A stretch of DNA of 64,000 nucleotides from the NCBI GenBank assembly GCA_021107795.1, contig JAIOSB010000021.1, positions 5,249 to 69,248 of the forward strand, read 5' to 3'. The DNA is from a bacterium (lineage in GTDB: Bacteria > Patescibacteriota > Dojkabacteria > SC72). Both the position numbers and the translations under genes were made by a program. Below the pieces are notes generated by a model, which ran no database searches, was not told where the DNA came from, and was given only the letters and a program-made list of their open reading frames with translations. How positions within the stretch are numbered: position 1 is the stretch's first letter; every line of letters starts with the position of its first letter. Positions 38,914 through 48,265 of this stretch are shown here, piece after piece.

Positions 38914-41004
38914 CTAATATTCAGTAACAATGTAATCCATTCCCTCTTTAAATCCAAGTGCAGTATCACACTTTGGACAGAACTCATGCTCACCTGCAAT
39001 ATATCCATGCTTAGGACATACACTGAAGGTGGGAGTTATAGAGAAATATGGCAATGTGTAATTTTCAGCCACTTTTTTTACAAAATCCCTTGTACTTTCA
39101 ATACTAGGCATCTTTTCGCCTAGGAATATGTGAAGAACAGTCCCCCCTGTATATTTGACTTGGAAATCATCTTGCAAGTCGAGAGCTTCCCATACATCAT
39201 CGGTATGTCCGACTGGAAGTTGAGAAGAGTTGGTGTAGTAGGGCTCTGTAGCCTTCATTACCCCAATATCTGCAGCTGTAATTATATCTCCATGCTTTCT
39301 CTTGTCAGCTTTTGCAAACCTGTAAGTAGTACTTTCACCCGGTGTAGCTTCAAGATTAAAAAGTTGATTGGTTTCGTTTTGGTAATCCATGAGTCGTTCT
39401 CTCATGTGATCCATAACGCTAAGACCAAAGCTATGTCCCTTCTTGGTAGTAATGTCGTCACCATCTTCGCCCATGAAGTTAACAATAGATTCGTTTAGTC
39501 CAAGTAGGCCGATTGTGCCAAAATGGTTCTTGAAATACTCGCCTTTAAATCGTTTAGCAACATCAGTAAGATAAAATTTAGAGTAAGGATACAGTCCCTT
39601 TGTCATATATTTTTCGACGAACTTTCTCTTAATCATTAAGCTTTCCTTGGCAATGTCCATCCAGTGATCCAGCATCTTAAAATATTCACTTTTACCCTTA
39701 GCAAGATACCCTATCCTTGCCATATTGATAGTGACAACACCAATACTGCCGGTTAGAGGATTTGCTCCAAACATACCACCACCTCTCTTTCTTAGTACTC
39801 TGTTGTCCAAGCGTAACCGACAGCACATAGATCTTGCATCATCTGGACTCATATCAGAATTAATGAAATTACTAAAGTAAGGAATACCATATTTAGCAGT
39901 CATCTCCCACAGTTTGTCATATTTAGGATTCTCCCACTCAAAATCTTTTGTAAGGTTGTATGTAGGGATTGGATAGGAGAAAAGTCTCCCCTGGGAGTCA
40001 CCTTCAAGCATTACTTCACAAAAAGCTTGGTTAAGCATATCCATTTCTTCTTGGAACTCTCCATATGTTTCCTTCTGTGGTTTGCCACCCACTATTACAG
40101 CCTGATTGGCAAGCATGCCGTGTGGTCTAAGATCCATGGTGATATTGGTAAAAGGTGTTTGACATCCAACTCTAGTAGGAATGTTCATGTTGAATAGGAA
40201 CTCTTGCATGGCTTGTCTTACCTCGTCATATGATAGGTTGTCATATCTAATAAAGGGGGCTAAATAAGTATCGAAACTAGAAAATGCCTGTGCCCCAGCG
40301 GCCTCGTGTTGGAGAGTGTAGAGATAATTCACTACTTGTCCTAAAGCAGTTCTTAAGTGCTTTGCAGGAGAACTTGCAATCTTACCGGGTACACCAGTAA
40401 ATCCTTTGATGAGTAAATCTTCTAGACTCCAACCACAACAATATGTAGCAAGCATGCCTAAATCATGAATGTGGATATCTGCGTTGATATGAGCAGTACC
40501 TATCTCCTTGGGATATATGCTGTGTAACCAGTAATTAGCTTGTACAGTAGAAGATATATGGAAGTTTAAGCCTTGCCAGGAATATGCCATATTACTGTTC
40601 TCCTTAATCCTCCAATCCTCCATATTGATATAGTTATGGATTAGGGTGTTTGCATCTACAAGAGAATTAATATTCTTAATCTGATTTCGGAGATCTAAGA
40701 ACAGGCCAAAGGATACGGAGGTCTTGCCATGCCCCATATCGAGCAAAACTTCCTGTACTGTCTCCGCAATATCAATGGTGGTAACAATATCTTTATCACT
40801 GGGCTTTTTAGAAAGTCTCTCAACTATCTCGCTAGTGATAACCCTGGCTCTTTCCCTGTCGTCCCCGCCTACACTCTCTGCAGCTTTAAATATCCCAGAC
40901 TCTATTCGCTCCCTATTGAAATCAACAATACGTCCATCTCTCTTTTTAACTTTGAATTTTACGATTACACTTTTAGGTGTTGTACTAGATTTTGAGTTAG
41001 GCAT
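38914..41004 (-). CDS. nrdD: Class III ribonucleoside-triphosphate reductase with ATP cone, lacking the glycyl-radical loop
   Basis: VKKRDG ATP cone, HIHDL, YCCG, RSMCCRL, EATPGE, YTGGT, Zn ribbon CPKHG...CPKC; no RxxGY motif in this ORF. Confidence 0.95.
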   Translation of the reverse strand: MPNSKSSTTPKSVIVKFKVKKRDGRIVDFNRERIESGIFKAAESVGGDDRERARVITSEIVERLSKKPSDKDIVTTIDIAETVQEVLLDMGHGKTSVSFGLFLDLRNQIKNINSLVDANTLIHNYINMEDWRIKENSNMAYSWQGLNFHISSTVQANYWLHSIYPKEIGTAHINADIHIHDLGMLATYCCGWSLEDLLIKGFTGVPGKIASSPAKHLRTALGQVVNYLYTLQHEAAGAQAFSSFDTYLAPFIRYDNLSYDEVRQAMQEFLFNMNIPTRVGCQTPFTNITMDLRPHGMLANQAVIVGGKPQKETYGEFQEEMDMLNQAFCEVMLEGDSQGRLFSYPIPTYNLTKDFEWENPKYDKLWEMTAKYGIPYFSNFINSDMSPDDARSMCCRLRLDNRVLRKRGGGMFGANPLTGSIGVVTINMARIGYLAKGKSEYFKMLDHWMDIAKESLMIKRKFVEKYMTKGLYPYSKFYLTDVAKRFKGEYFKNHFGTIGLLGLNESIVNFMGEDGDDITTKKGHSFGLSVMDHMRERLMDYQNETNQLFNLEATPGESTTYRFAKADKRKHGDIITAADIGVMKATEPYYTNSSQLPVGHTDDVWEALDLQDDFQVKYTGGTVLHIFLGEKMPSIESTRDFVKKVAENYTLPYFSITPTFSVCPKHGYIAGEHEFCPKCDTALGFKEGMDYIVTEY

Positions 41005-41022
41005 GTAGGCAGTTATATAATT

Positions 41023-41466
41023 TTAATTAATATTTTCTAATTCTTTCTTAAAATCACTTATTGATTCGAAATTCCGGTATACAGAAGCAAATCGCATATA
41101 GGCTAGGGGGTCTTTTGTCTTTAACCAAGTTAATATCAGGTTGCCAATTTGTGTAGATGTAAGTGGTTTAGGGCTCACTGTTACTTGACGTTCTACATCT
41201 TCACAAAACCCATCGATGTCAGAAGTTGGTATTCTTTCGCTATCAACTGCCTTAAGAATCCCCTTCTTGAGCTTCTCTATATCGAAATTTTCTAAAGAGC
41301 CGTCTCGTTTCTCAATACTTATATCAACCTTTTCAATCCTTTCGTATGTTGTATATCTTCTACCACATCTTAGACACTGTCGTCTTCTTCTAGTAGTGCC
41401 TTCTTCGTTGTTGTCTCTTTTGTCTACTACCTTAGAAGTAGCACATCCGCAATATGGACATTTCAT
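41023..41466 (-). CDS. nrdR: Transcriptional repressor NrdR
   Basis: MKCPYC, RRRRQCLRCGRRYTTYE, KRDG ATP cone, AYMRFASVY. Confidence 0.97.
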   Translation of the reverse strand: MKCPYCGCATSKVVDKRDNNEEGTTRRRRQCLRCGRRYTTYERIEKVDISIEKRDGSLENFDIEKLKKGILKAVDSERIPTSDIDGFCEDVERQVTVSPKPLTSTQIGNLILTWLKTKDPLAYMRFASVYRNFESISDFKKELENIN

Positions 41467-41471
41467 AATAT

Positions 41472-41519
41472 ATACAATGGGTTGTGTATTGTGTTCTCAT
41501 TATATACAACAGGTTGTAT
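41472..41519. promoter_or_regulatory. Tandem NrdR boxes
   Basis: 16-mers ATACAATGGGTTGTGT (41472-41487) and ATACAACAGGTTGTAT (41504-41519) start 32 bp apart, immediately upstream of nrdR-nrdD-nrdG. Confidence 0.8.
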
Positions 41520-41693
41520 AACGCAAGTGTCTTGTAGTTCTCGTAACACGAAGTGCTTTTACATCAATCTTTTGAAAATATAAGATTGAACTACAGGCTT
41601 GTATATGATTGTAGATAAAGAATATAGGGTATAAGTATTGCAATTGATGAGTTTCTTTGCTTAAATAATGAATAAGTTGTAAATATAAAAATA

Positions 41694-42182
41694 ATGGTAA
41701 TTCCTCTCAAAGACTTTCCCAAACTTAAGGCAGAGAAACTGCAAGGGAAAACAATTGTAGCTACTAGTGGCTTTTTTGATCCTCTACATCCTGGTCATGC
41801 TTCAATAATTGTAGAATCAAAGAAATTTGGAGATATACTTGTTGTTGTTCTAGATGGAGATACAAGAGCTATTACAAAAAATGGGAAGCCTTTCATGCCT
41901 GCTATAGATAGAGCAAAAGTTCTTGATACAATAAAAGGTGTGGACTATGTTGTGATTCATGAACACCCAACAGCAACTAACTGTGTTGAAGCTATTAAAA
42001 TAATAAAACCCGATGTGTTTACTAAGGGTGGAGATAGGGATGGATCAAAGGTTGTTCCAGAGTTTGAAGTAGTTGAAAGAAATGGTGGTAGAGTAGAATT
42101 TAATGTTGGAGATCCAAAAATGTGGTCTAGTTCTAATTATCTTCAGGAATGGGTAGATTTTGTTAATTCAAAAAAAACTTAA
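41694..42182 (+). CDS. Cytidylyltransferase-like (HxGH) family protein
   Basis: SGFFDPLHPGH, KNGKPFM, VDYVV, IKPDVFTKGGDR, SSS. Confidence 0.88.
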   Translation: MVIPLKDFPKLKAEKLQGKTIVATSGFFDPLHPGHASIIVESKKFGDILVVVLDGDTRAITKNGKPFMPAIDRAKVLDTIKGVDYVVIHEHPTATNCVEAIKIIKPDVFTKGGDRDGSKVVPEFEVVERNGGRVEFNVGDPKMWSSSNYLQEWVDFVNSKKT

Positions 42183-43096
42183 CTTCTACTTTTTAAATAC
42201 TGATAAATATCATTACTAGCTATTGCTCCCTCTGAAGTTGCAGTTACTACCTGTCTAAACCCGTTAGAATTGGTTGTACAGTCCCCTGCTGCCCATATCC
42301 CATCTATATTAGTCCTCTGCGCTTGGTTTACTATTAGATATCCTTTATCATCTGTTTCTATTCCCATCTTTAGTGGAAGATCATCGTTTGGTTCACTCCC
42401 TATTTCGATAAATAGTCCATCGGTATTTAATATATTACTACCTTTGTACTCCCTACTTAGCTTAATGGATGATAGTTTCTCATCTCCTTCTAATCCTACA
42501 ACTACAGTTTCCAATATTACATGAATGTTCTCCTTGTTCTCTGCCTGTTTTTTCCATACAGGATCTCCCTTAAGCTCTGTACCTCTGTATATAATGTAAA
42601 CTTCCTTAGCTATATCGCTAAGCATCATAGCAGCCATTGTAGCGGCACTACTTCCTCCAATTACACAAACAATCTTGTCTTTGTAAAAGTTTCCATCGCA
42701 TGTGGCACAGTAGGAGAGCCCTTTTCCTAAATATTTGTCTTCATTAGGAATTGTGAGTTTGGATCTCTCAGTTCCAGTAGTAAGTAATACGGTTTTAGCT
42801 TTATAGCTATTCCCACGATTATTAGTTAGTAAAAAAGTGTCACCATGCTTTTCCACATTAGCAATACTCTCAAACCTTATCTCACATCCATTTGTTTGTG
42901 CATGTTCAGACATCTGAGTACTTAAATCTATACCTGTAATATCTTTTATCCCTGGGTAATTGCATACCTTGTGAGCTTCAGACATAGTTCCACCCATCAT
43001 TTTCCCAAATATTATGGTTTTGAGTTGGTATCTACTTGAATATATTCCAGCACTATATCCAGCTGGTCCACTTCCTATTATCGCGACATCATACAT
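42179..43096 (-). CDS. trxB: Thioredoxin reductase
   Basis: IIGSGPAG, GLSYCATCDG, IGGSSAA, AAGD. Confidence 0.92.
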   Translation of the reverse strand: MYDVAIIGSGPAGYSAGIYSSRYQLKTIIFGKMMGGTMSEAHKVCNYPGIKDITGIDLSTQMSEHAQTNGCEIRFESIANVEKHGDTFLLTNNRGNSYKAKTVLLTTGTERSKLTIPNEDKYLGKGLSYCATCDGNFYKDKIVCVIGGSSAATMAAMMLSDIAKEVYIIYRGTELKGDPVWKKQAENKENIHVILETVVVGLEGDEKLSSIKLSREYKGSNILNTDGLFIEIGSEPNDDLPLKMGIETDDKGYLIVNQAQRTNIDGIWAAGDCTTNSNGFRQVVTATSEGAIASNDIYQYLKSRS

Positions 43097-43114
43097 ATTT
43101 TTATTCTTAATATA

Positions 43115-43858
43115 TTAAAAACTGTCTGTAAGTTTAACAAAACCATCTTTCCTCACTATCCCCATATACTCATACATGCTACCGTTAGATCCATCAGAAG
43201 AGAGAATATCCCATCCATTTGTAGAGACGTAGGTACCAAGATTAGTAACTACCTGACATTCTACACATATTACCATACCATCTTTCAGAAGTTCTCCCGT
43301 ATTAGGTTCACCAAAAGAAAGGATCTCAGGTTCTTCATGGAGTGTTTTGCCAATACCATGAGCAGCACATTCTTCTAGAGTGGTATATCCATATTTAATA
43401 GCAGTAGAGCGTAGAGCATGGGAGATATCACCTACCTTGTTGCCAGCAATGGCTTGTTCACAACCATTTTCTGTAGCTTCTCTACCAACTTTCATCAAAT
43501 TTTTATCTTCATCAGATATCTTACCTACACCCCATGTCCAGCAGTGATCTGTACAAAAGCCTTTGTAAACAATACCCGTATCAATTTTAACTAAATCTCC
43601 TTCTTTAAAAGGGGTCTCATTTGGAATACCGTGTAGTATACAATCGTTAACTGATATACATGTAGCATAGTCATATCCGGGTACTGTCATAAAGGAGGGT
43701 TTGACTTTGTATTCCCTACACATATCTTGTGCTAATTTCTCCAAATCGAGTGGTGTGATTCCAATATCAATATTTTCTCCCAGAGTGCGTAAAATATCAG
43801 AAGATACCCCCCCTGCTTCTCTTAGTATTCTTTCTTGTTTAGCATTCTTGATTATCAT
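43115..43858 (-). CDS. map: Type I methionine aminopeptidase
   Basis: CISVND..LHGIP, KIDTG, TD, HGIG..LHEEP, VE and YE metal ligands. Confidence 0.92.
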   Translation of the reverse strand: MIIKNAKQERILREAGGVSSDILRTLGENIDIGITPLDLEKLAQDMCREYKVKPSFMTVPGYDYATCISVNDCILHGIPNETPFKEGDLVKIDTGIVYKGFCTDHCWTWGVGKISDEDKNLMKVGREATENGCEQAIAGNKVGDISHALRSTAIKYGYTTLEECAAHGIGKTLHEEPEILSFGEPNTGELLKDGMVICVECQVVTNLGTYVSTNGWDILSSDGSNGSMYEYMGIVRKDGFVKLTDSF

Positions 43859-44216
43859 TTTTCTTTTGTATTGTCCAAGTTATCACAGGATCAACGTCGT
43901 CTAGATTAGCATCAGGGAGAAACGAAGTCTCTTTAATGGAGATGTCAGAATGAGAAGTGTTGTACTTCTCAAATATGAACACACCTCCCAGTGTGGGAGA
44001 TTTGGTTGATTCCCCAACTTGCTGCTGTATTGTGATATCGAGTGCACTCAGTGTGGTTTTAAAGATTTCTTCTGAAGAGCAAGAAAGAGAAAGGCCTATT
44101 TGTAATAGAGAAGACCTTAAAACTTCTTTCATCTTTTCTTGTTCTTGTTGTTCTTGCTTCTTTTGTTCTTGGTTCAAAAAATCTGGGAAACTAGTATGTA
44201 GGTCATTATTTACCAT
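43839..44216 (-). CDS. Hypothetical protein
   Basis: 125-aa ORF co-oriented with its neighbours and overlapping the map start; no motif. Confidence 0.45.
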   Translation of the reverse strand: MVNNDLHTSFPDFLNQEQKKQEQQEQEKMKEVLRSSLLQIGLSLSCSSEEIFKTTLSALDITIQQQVGESTKSPTLGGVFIFEKYNTSHSDISIKETSFLPDANLDDVDPVITWTIQKKNDNQEC

Positions 44217-44259
44217 GAATATATATATGAATAATATTAACTATGTATTATATCACTAT

Positions 44260-45417
44260 TTAATCTCCTACTATATACAACTCCTCACTAGCTCTTGTAA
44301 CTGCAGTATACAGCCACCTTCTCCACATATCATCATCCATATGGCGAAATCTCTCTTCAAATACTACAACCCTTTTTGCTTGACTACCTTGGGCCTTATG
44401 TACAGTCAAAGCATAACCAAAATCAAAAAGATTTACACCCTCTGGGACCTCAAACAAAGTCTTATCTATATTAAACTGTTTCTTAGAGATCTTTCCTAAA
44501 AAAGAATATTTCTCTTCGTCTAGATCAATCTCTACATCATAATATTGCTTTCCATCATCAGAAATATCTAGCAATGTACCTGTCATCCCATTAAAAATCT
44601 CTTCCTGATGATTGTTCTTAAGACAAATTACTCTATCTCCTAAACTAGGTTCTGGAGACTCAAAACCAAGTAATTGTCTAATACCTTTATTAAGTTTCAC
44701 TCTTGAATTATTATAACCAACTAAGACCATAGAGTCACTATCATATCTCTCAAACAAATCTTGTACAAATTCTCCAGTATCAATCTCCCTCTTATCCAGC
44801 TTCTTTACACTACTTGAGAACTCTTGAATGGGGATTACACCATACTTCCTAGCAATCTGAGAAACTATGATAATGGGGTTGTTGGCCTCCTGCCTATAGA
44901 TCTCCTCTAATCGAAGCTGAGGTTGTTCCATCAAATTAAACCTACCCTCAATTGGTGGTAGCTGACCATGATCTCCAACTGCAAGTATCGGCTTACCGAA
45001 TGAAAGAAGATCGTCCCATATCCGTTGTGTAATCATACTTGCCTCATCGACAATAATCATATCGTAAGGAAAATCCTCCGAGGATAATCTCTCCCAACCA
45101 ACAATTTCTCCATCGTCATCCAATATTGGCCGATATATGAGACGATGAATGGTACCAATGTAATCATTCGTATAGAGAGATTTAGTATCTTTAAGTTTTC
45201 TCTGAAGAACTCTAGCGGCTTTCCCAGTATAACTACAGAAAGCAATCTTAAGTTTTTTCTCTTTCTTCCTCAATATATTAGAAAGATATCCCATGAGAGT
45301 AGTTTTACCAGTACCTGCATAACCACCAAGAGTGATATATTGCGTATTAGGCTCCTTCTTCCATTCAAGAAGGGTATTTAATATATCGGTTTGTTTTTCA
45401 GAAAGTTCAAGATTCAT
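44260..45417 (-). CDS. RecD/Dda-like SF1B DNA helicase (AAA_30 + UvrD_C)
   Basis: GYAGTGKTT, YTGKAA, TIHRL, VDEASM, GDHGQLPP, IYRQ, YALTVHKAQGS, LYTAVTRA. Confidence 0.92.
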   Translation of the reverse strand: MNLELSEKQTDILNTLLEWKKEPNTQYITLGGYAGTGKTTLMGYLSNILRKKEKKLKIAFCSYTGKAARVLQRKLKDTKSLYTNDYIGTIHRLIYRPILDDDGEIVGWERLSSEDFPYDMIIVDEASMITQRIWDDLLSFGKPILAVGDHGQLPPIEGRFNLMEQPQLRLEEIYRQEANNPIIIVSQIARKYGVIPIQEFSSSVKKLDKREIDTGEFVQDLFERYDSDSMVLVGYNNSRVKLNKGIRQLLGFESPEPSLGDRVICLKNNHQEEIFNGMTGTLLDISDDGKQYYDVEIDLDEEKYSFLGKISKKQFNIDKTLFEVPEGVNLFDFGYALTVHKAQGSQAKRVVVFEERFRHMDDDMWRRWLYTAVTRASEELYIVGD

Positions 45418-45446
45418 GAGATATATGATAGTATATATTTCAAAAT

Positions 45447-46892
45447 ATGAAAAACATATTCAAAAAAACGATAATACTAACACTCTTCTTATCCATTCTT
45501 CTTCCTCTAACTTCTAATATCCATGCACAAGAGAGCAAATCTCAACTCCATATAGCGACATACTTTACTGGAATAGGGTGTCCTCACTGTTCATCTGCCT
45601 CTCCATACATTAAGGAAATACTTGATGAGGATGAGAACTTTATGCTTGTTGAGTATGAAGTCTATGAGGAGATAAGGAATGCTGCTTTAATTGAAGATTA
45701 CAATGATGAGTATAATATTGGGAGAGGTATTCCAGTACTCTTTTTTGATAAAGACACCAAACTCGTAGGAGGTTCTGAAATTAAAAACAATCTTAAGTTA
45801 AATCTTTCTACCAATACTAATATCAACACAATTCATCTATCCGATGGAGTGGTGGGATTGAAACAACTTAACATTAACAATCTCAAAGGATACCCAAAGA
45901 TATACAGGAAGGACAGGGTGGCGATGAGAGAGAGTATAACTACTTTGACACAAGATCAGAATGATCAAATAGTATCATTTTTAACCGACGATTTGGCAAA
46001 TTGGACAAAAGAGATTTGGGAAGGCGAACTAGTAACACCACAAGTTGTAAAATATCCCGGAGGTAGTAGTACATATCATCACGCACTCAAATTTAACGGT
46101 TGGGTACTCCAATGGAATGGAGAAATAATCCAAGCCAAAGCAGAGGTAACTGATGACTCAGAATTTTGTGACGAGGAAAAGGTTGTAGTTTGTGAAGAGC
46201 CAATATCTCTTGCAAAAATATTAGGGTTAGCTCTGGCAGACTCCATTAATCCATGTGCAATCTCAGTACTTCTTCTGATGCTTCTCGCTATCACAACGTA
46301 TAATCCCAAAGATAGGAAACAGATTCTACTTTCTGGACTAGCATTTGTACTTGCAGTAATTGTAATGTACATGTTCTACGGCTTTCTCATTATCAAAGCT
46401 TTCCAGTTCTTACAATCCCTATCCGTCTTTAAAGAGTTTCTCTACAAAGGCTTGGCAATAATAGCGTTAATACTAGGGACACTTGAGTTAAAAGACTACT
46501 TTAAATACAAACCAGGAACTGCCGGGACAGAAATGCCGATATCTTTAAGACCCAAAATGCAGAAATTTGTAAGTAAGATAACCTCTCCATTTGGGGCATT
46601 CAGTATGGGACTCTTTGTAACACTCTTCCTACTTCCATGCACTATTGGTCCATATGTGATACTTGGAGGCATGCTTTCAACCTTAGACTTCCTTAAATCA
46701 GTTCCATACCTACTAACTTACAATATAATATTTGTACTACCTATGATTCTAATTACATTTTTAATATTTTGGGGCACAAAGGATATCAAAGATGTAACTG
46801 ATTGGAGAAACACAAATGTAAGACGTATGCACCTAATATCAGGCATACTAATGATAGCATTAGGAATTATTATGTTCTTTGGACTGCTTTAG
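45447..46892 (+). CDS. Thioredoxin-like domain fused to CcdA/DsbD-type transmembrane redox domain
   Basis: Signal peptide, CPHC, then TM region with DSINPCA and LPCT. Confidence 0.85.
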   Translation: MKNIFKKTIILTLFLSILLPLTSNIHAQESKSQLHIATYFTGIGCPHCSSASPYIKEILDEDENFMLVEYEVYEEIRNAALIEDYNDEYNIGRGIPVLFFDKDTKLVGGSEIKNNLKLNLSTNTNINTIHLSDGVVGLKQLNINNLKGYPKIYRKDRVAMRESITTLTQDQNDQIVSFLTDDLANWTKEIWEGELVTPQVVKYPGGSSTYHHALKFNGWVLQWNGEIIQAKAEVTDDSEFCDEEKVVVCEEPISLAKILGLALADSINPCAISVLLLMLLAITTYNPKDRKQILLSGLAFVLAVIVMYMFYGFLIIKAFQFLQSLSVFKEFLYKGLAIIALILGTLELKDYFKYKPGTAGTEMPISLRPKMQKFVSKITSPFGAFSMGLFVTLFLLPCTIGPYVILGGMLSTLDFLKSVPYLLTYNIIFVLPMILITFLIFWGTKDIKDVTDWRNTNVRRMHLISGILMIALGIIMFFGLL

Positions 46893-47398
46893 TTAATACC
46901 AAGTAGCTCCACTTCAAATATCAGGCCAGCATTCCCGGGGATACTACCTGCACCATACTCGCCGTAAGCCATTGAAGAAGGTATCTCCAACATTCTCTTT
47001 TCTCCAACCTTCATACCTACTACTCCTTTATCCCAACCCGTGATTACTTGACCAATTCCAACTACAAAAGAGAACGGTTCACCCCTATCATATGAACTGT
47101 CGAATTTCGAGCCATCTCTAAGCGTACCAAGGTAATGTACTGAGACATCATCTCCTGACACACACTCAACACCATTCCCCTCAGTAATGGTTTCAATCTT
47201 TAATTCATCAAAATCAATATTATCCATAACTTCTTCTCCTTGTACATTATCTAAATTTAAATCTGAATCACCCATATCAACTGAATTTAAGTCAGGCATC
47301 TGAGACCCTTTAGAAAATATCAGAAGTACTGCTACAATTGCAATAGCGAATACAGGGATCATTAAGAATAGGAACTTGCTGCCTTGTGGAACTTCCAT
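46889..47398 (-). CDS. FKBP-type peptidyl-prolyl isomerase, membrane-anchored
   Basis: VHYLGTL, FDSSYDR, GQVITGWD, IPSSMAYG, LIFEVEL. Confidence 0.95.
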   Translation of the reverse strand: MEVPQGSKFLFLMIPVFAIAIVAVLLIFSKGSQMPDLNSVDMGDSDLNLDNVQGEEVMDNIDFDELKIETITEGNGVECVSGDDVSVHYLGTLRDGSKFDSSYDRGEPFSFVVGIGQVITGWDKGVVGMKVGEKRMLEIPSSMAYGEYGAGSIPGNAGLIFEVELLGIN

Positions 47399-47482
47399 AA
47401 TAATTAGAGTGACATTTTAAATGATATTAATAATTATGCCATACATGATACAATATTGATATAATTTCTTTGATTTCTAATT

Positions 47483-48265
47483 ATGAAAAAACAATTTCTT
47501 TACTACGATACCGAAACAACTGATGTGCAGTCTAAGGATCTTATGCAATTAGCATTTCTAACAGACAATCCTAAAATCCAGATGAATATCTTCATTAAAC
47601 CAAAACAAAAGATCTCCTTTGGCGCTATGTCAATTCACCATATTACACCAGAGATGATTGTAGACAAGCAATACTTTGAAAACACAGCGCTGCCATCGGA
47701 AAATATTGATCCAGAGTACAAAGGAGACAATTTGGTAGAATATCTTAAGTTTCTAGCTGAGAAATATGTTTGGATTGCTCATAACTCAGCTTTTGATAAT
47801 GAGGTAATGCAAAAACAAGGCATTGAGATTCCAAGAAGTATTTGTACACTTAAAGTTGCTAGGAATGCTTTAGCAGAAGGGAACTCTGATTTGGAAAGCT
47901 ATAGACTACAATTTTTAAGATACTACCTTGGGCTATATAAAACAGAAAATAAAAAGCATACGACAGTACATGATGCCCTAAGTGATGTGTATTTCCTTAA
48001 AGATCTCTTCAACCACCTTTTAGAAAACACAAAACTTTCTGCCGAACAAATGATTCTCATCTCTAAGCAACCACAAGTGATGAGAACTATACGATTTGGT
48101 AAATATGCAGGAAAGTCATTGGAAGAAGTTGTGCAGATAGATAGGGAATACCTCATATGGGTTTCAGAGAAGATGATGGATAATGATGATCTAAGATGGA
48201 ACGCTAAACGTGTATTAGATATGGGAACACACTCTACTTCTTCTGGGAATCTAACCTGGATTTAA
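47483..48265 (+). CDS. DEDDh 3'-5' exonuclease (ExoX-like) with a C-terminal FGKY domain
   Basis: YDTETT, AHNSAFD, HDALSD, FGKYAG...YLIW. Confidence 0.9.
   Translation: MKKQFLYYDTETTDVQSKDLMQLAFLTDNPKIQMNIFIKPKQKISFGAMSIHHITPEMIVDKQYFENTALPSENIDPEYKGDNLVEYLKFLAEKYVWIAHNSAFDNEVMQKQGIEIPRSICTLKVARNALAEGNSDLESYRLQFLRYYLGLYKTENKKHTTVHDALSDVYFLKDLFNHLLENTKLSAEQMILISKQPQVMRTIRFGKYAGKSLEEVVQIDREYLIWVSEKMMDNDDLRWNAKRVLDMGTHSTSSGNLTWI

Noticed and set aside
38914-38916. Genome-wide stop-codon reassignment explaining the nrdD TAG
   Set aside because: TAG, TGA and TAA all terminate conserved full-length genes elsewhere in the window (e.g. rplS and dedA end in TAG), and long genes have no internal stops.
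43957-44499. 180-aa Cys-rich + strand ORF
   Set aside because: Antisense to the helicase 3' end and to the 43839-44216 ORF. The Cys runs mirror Gln/Glu codons on the other strand.
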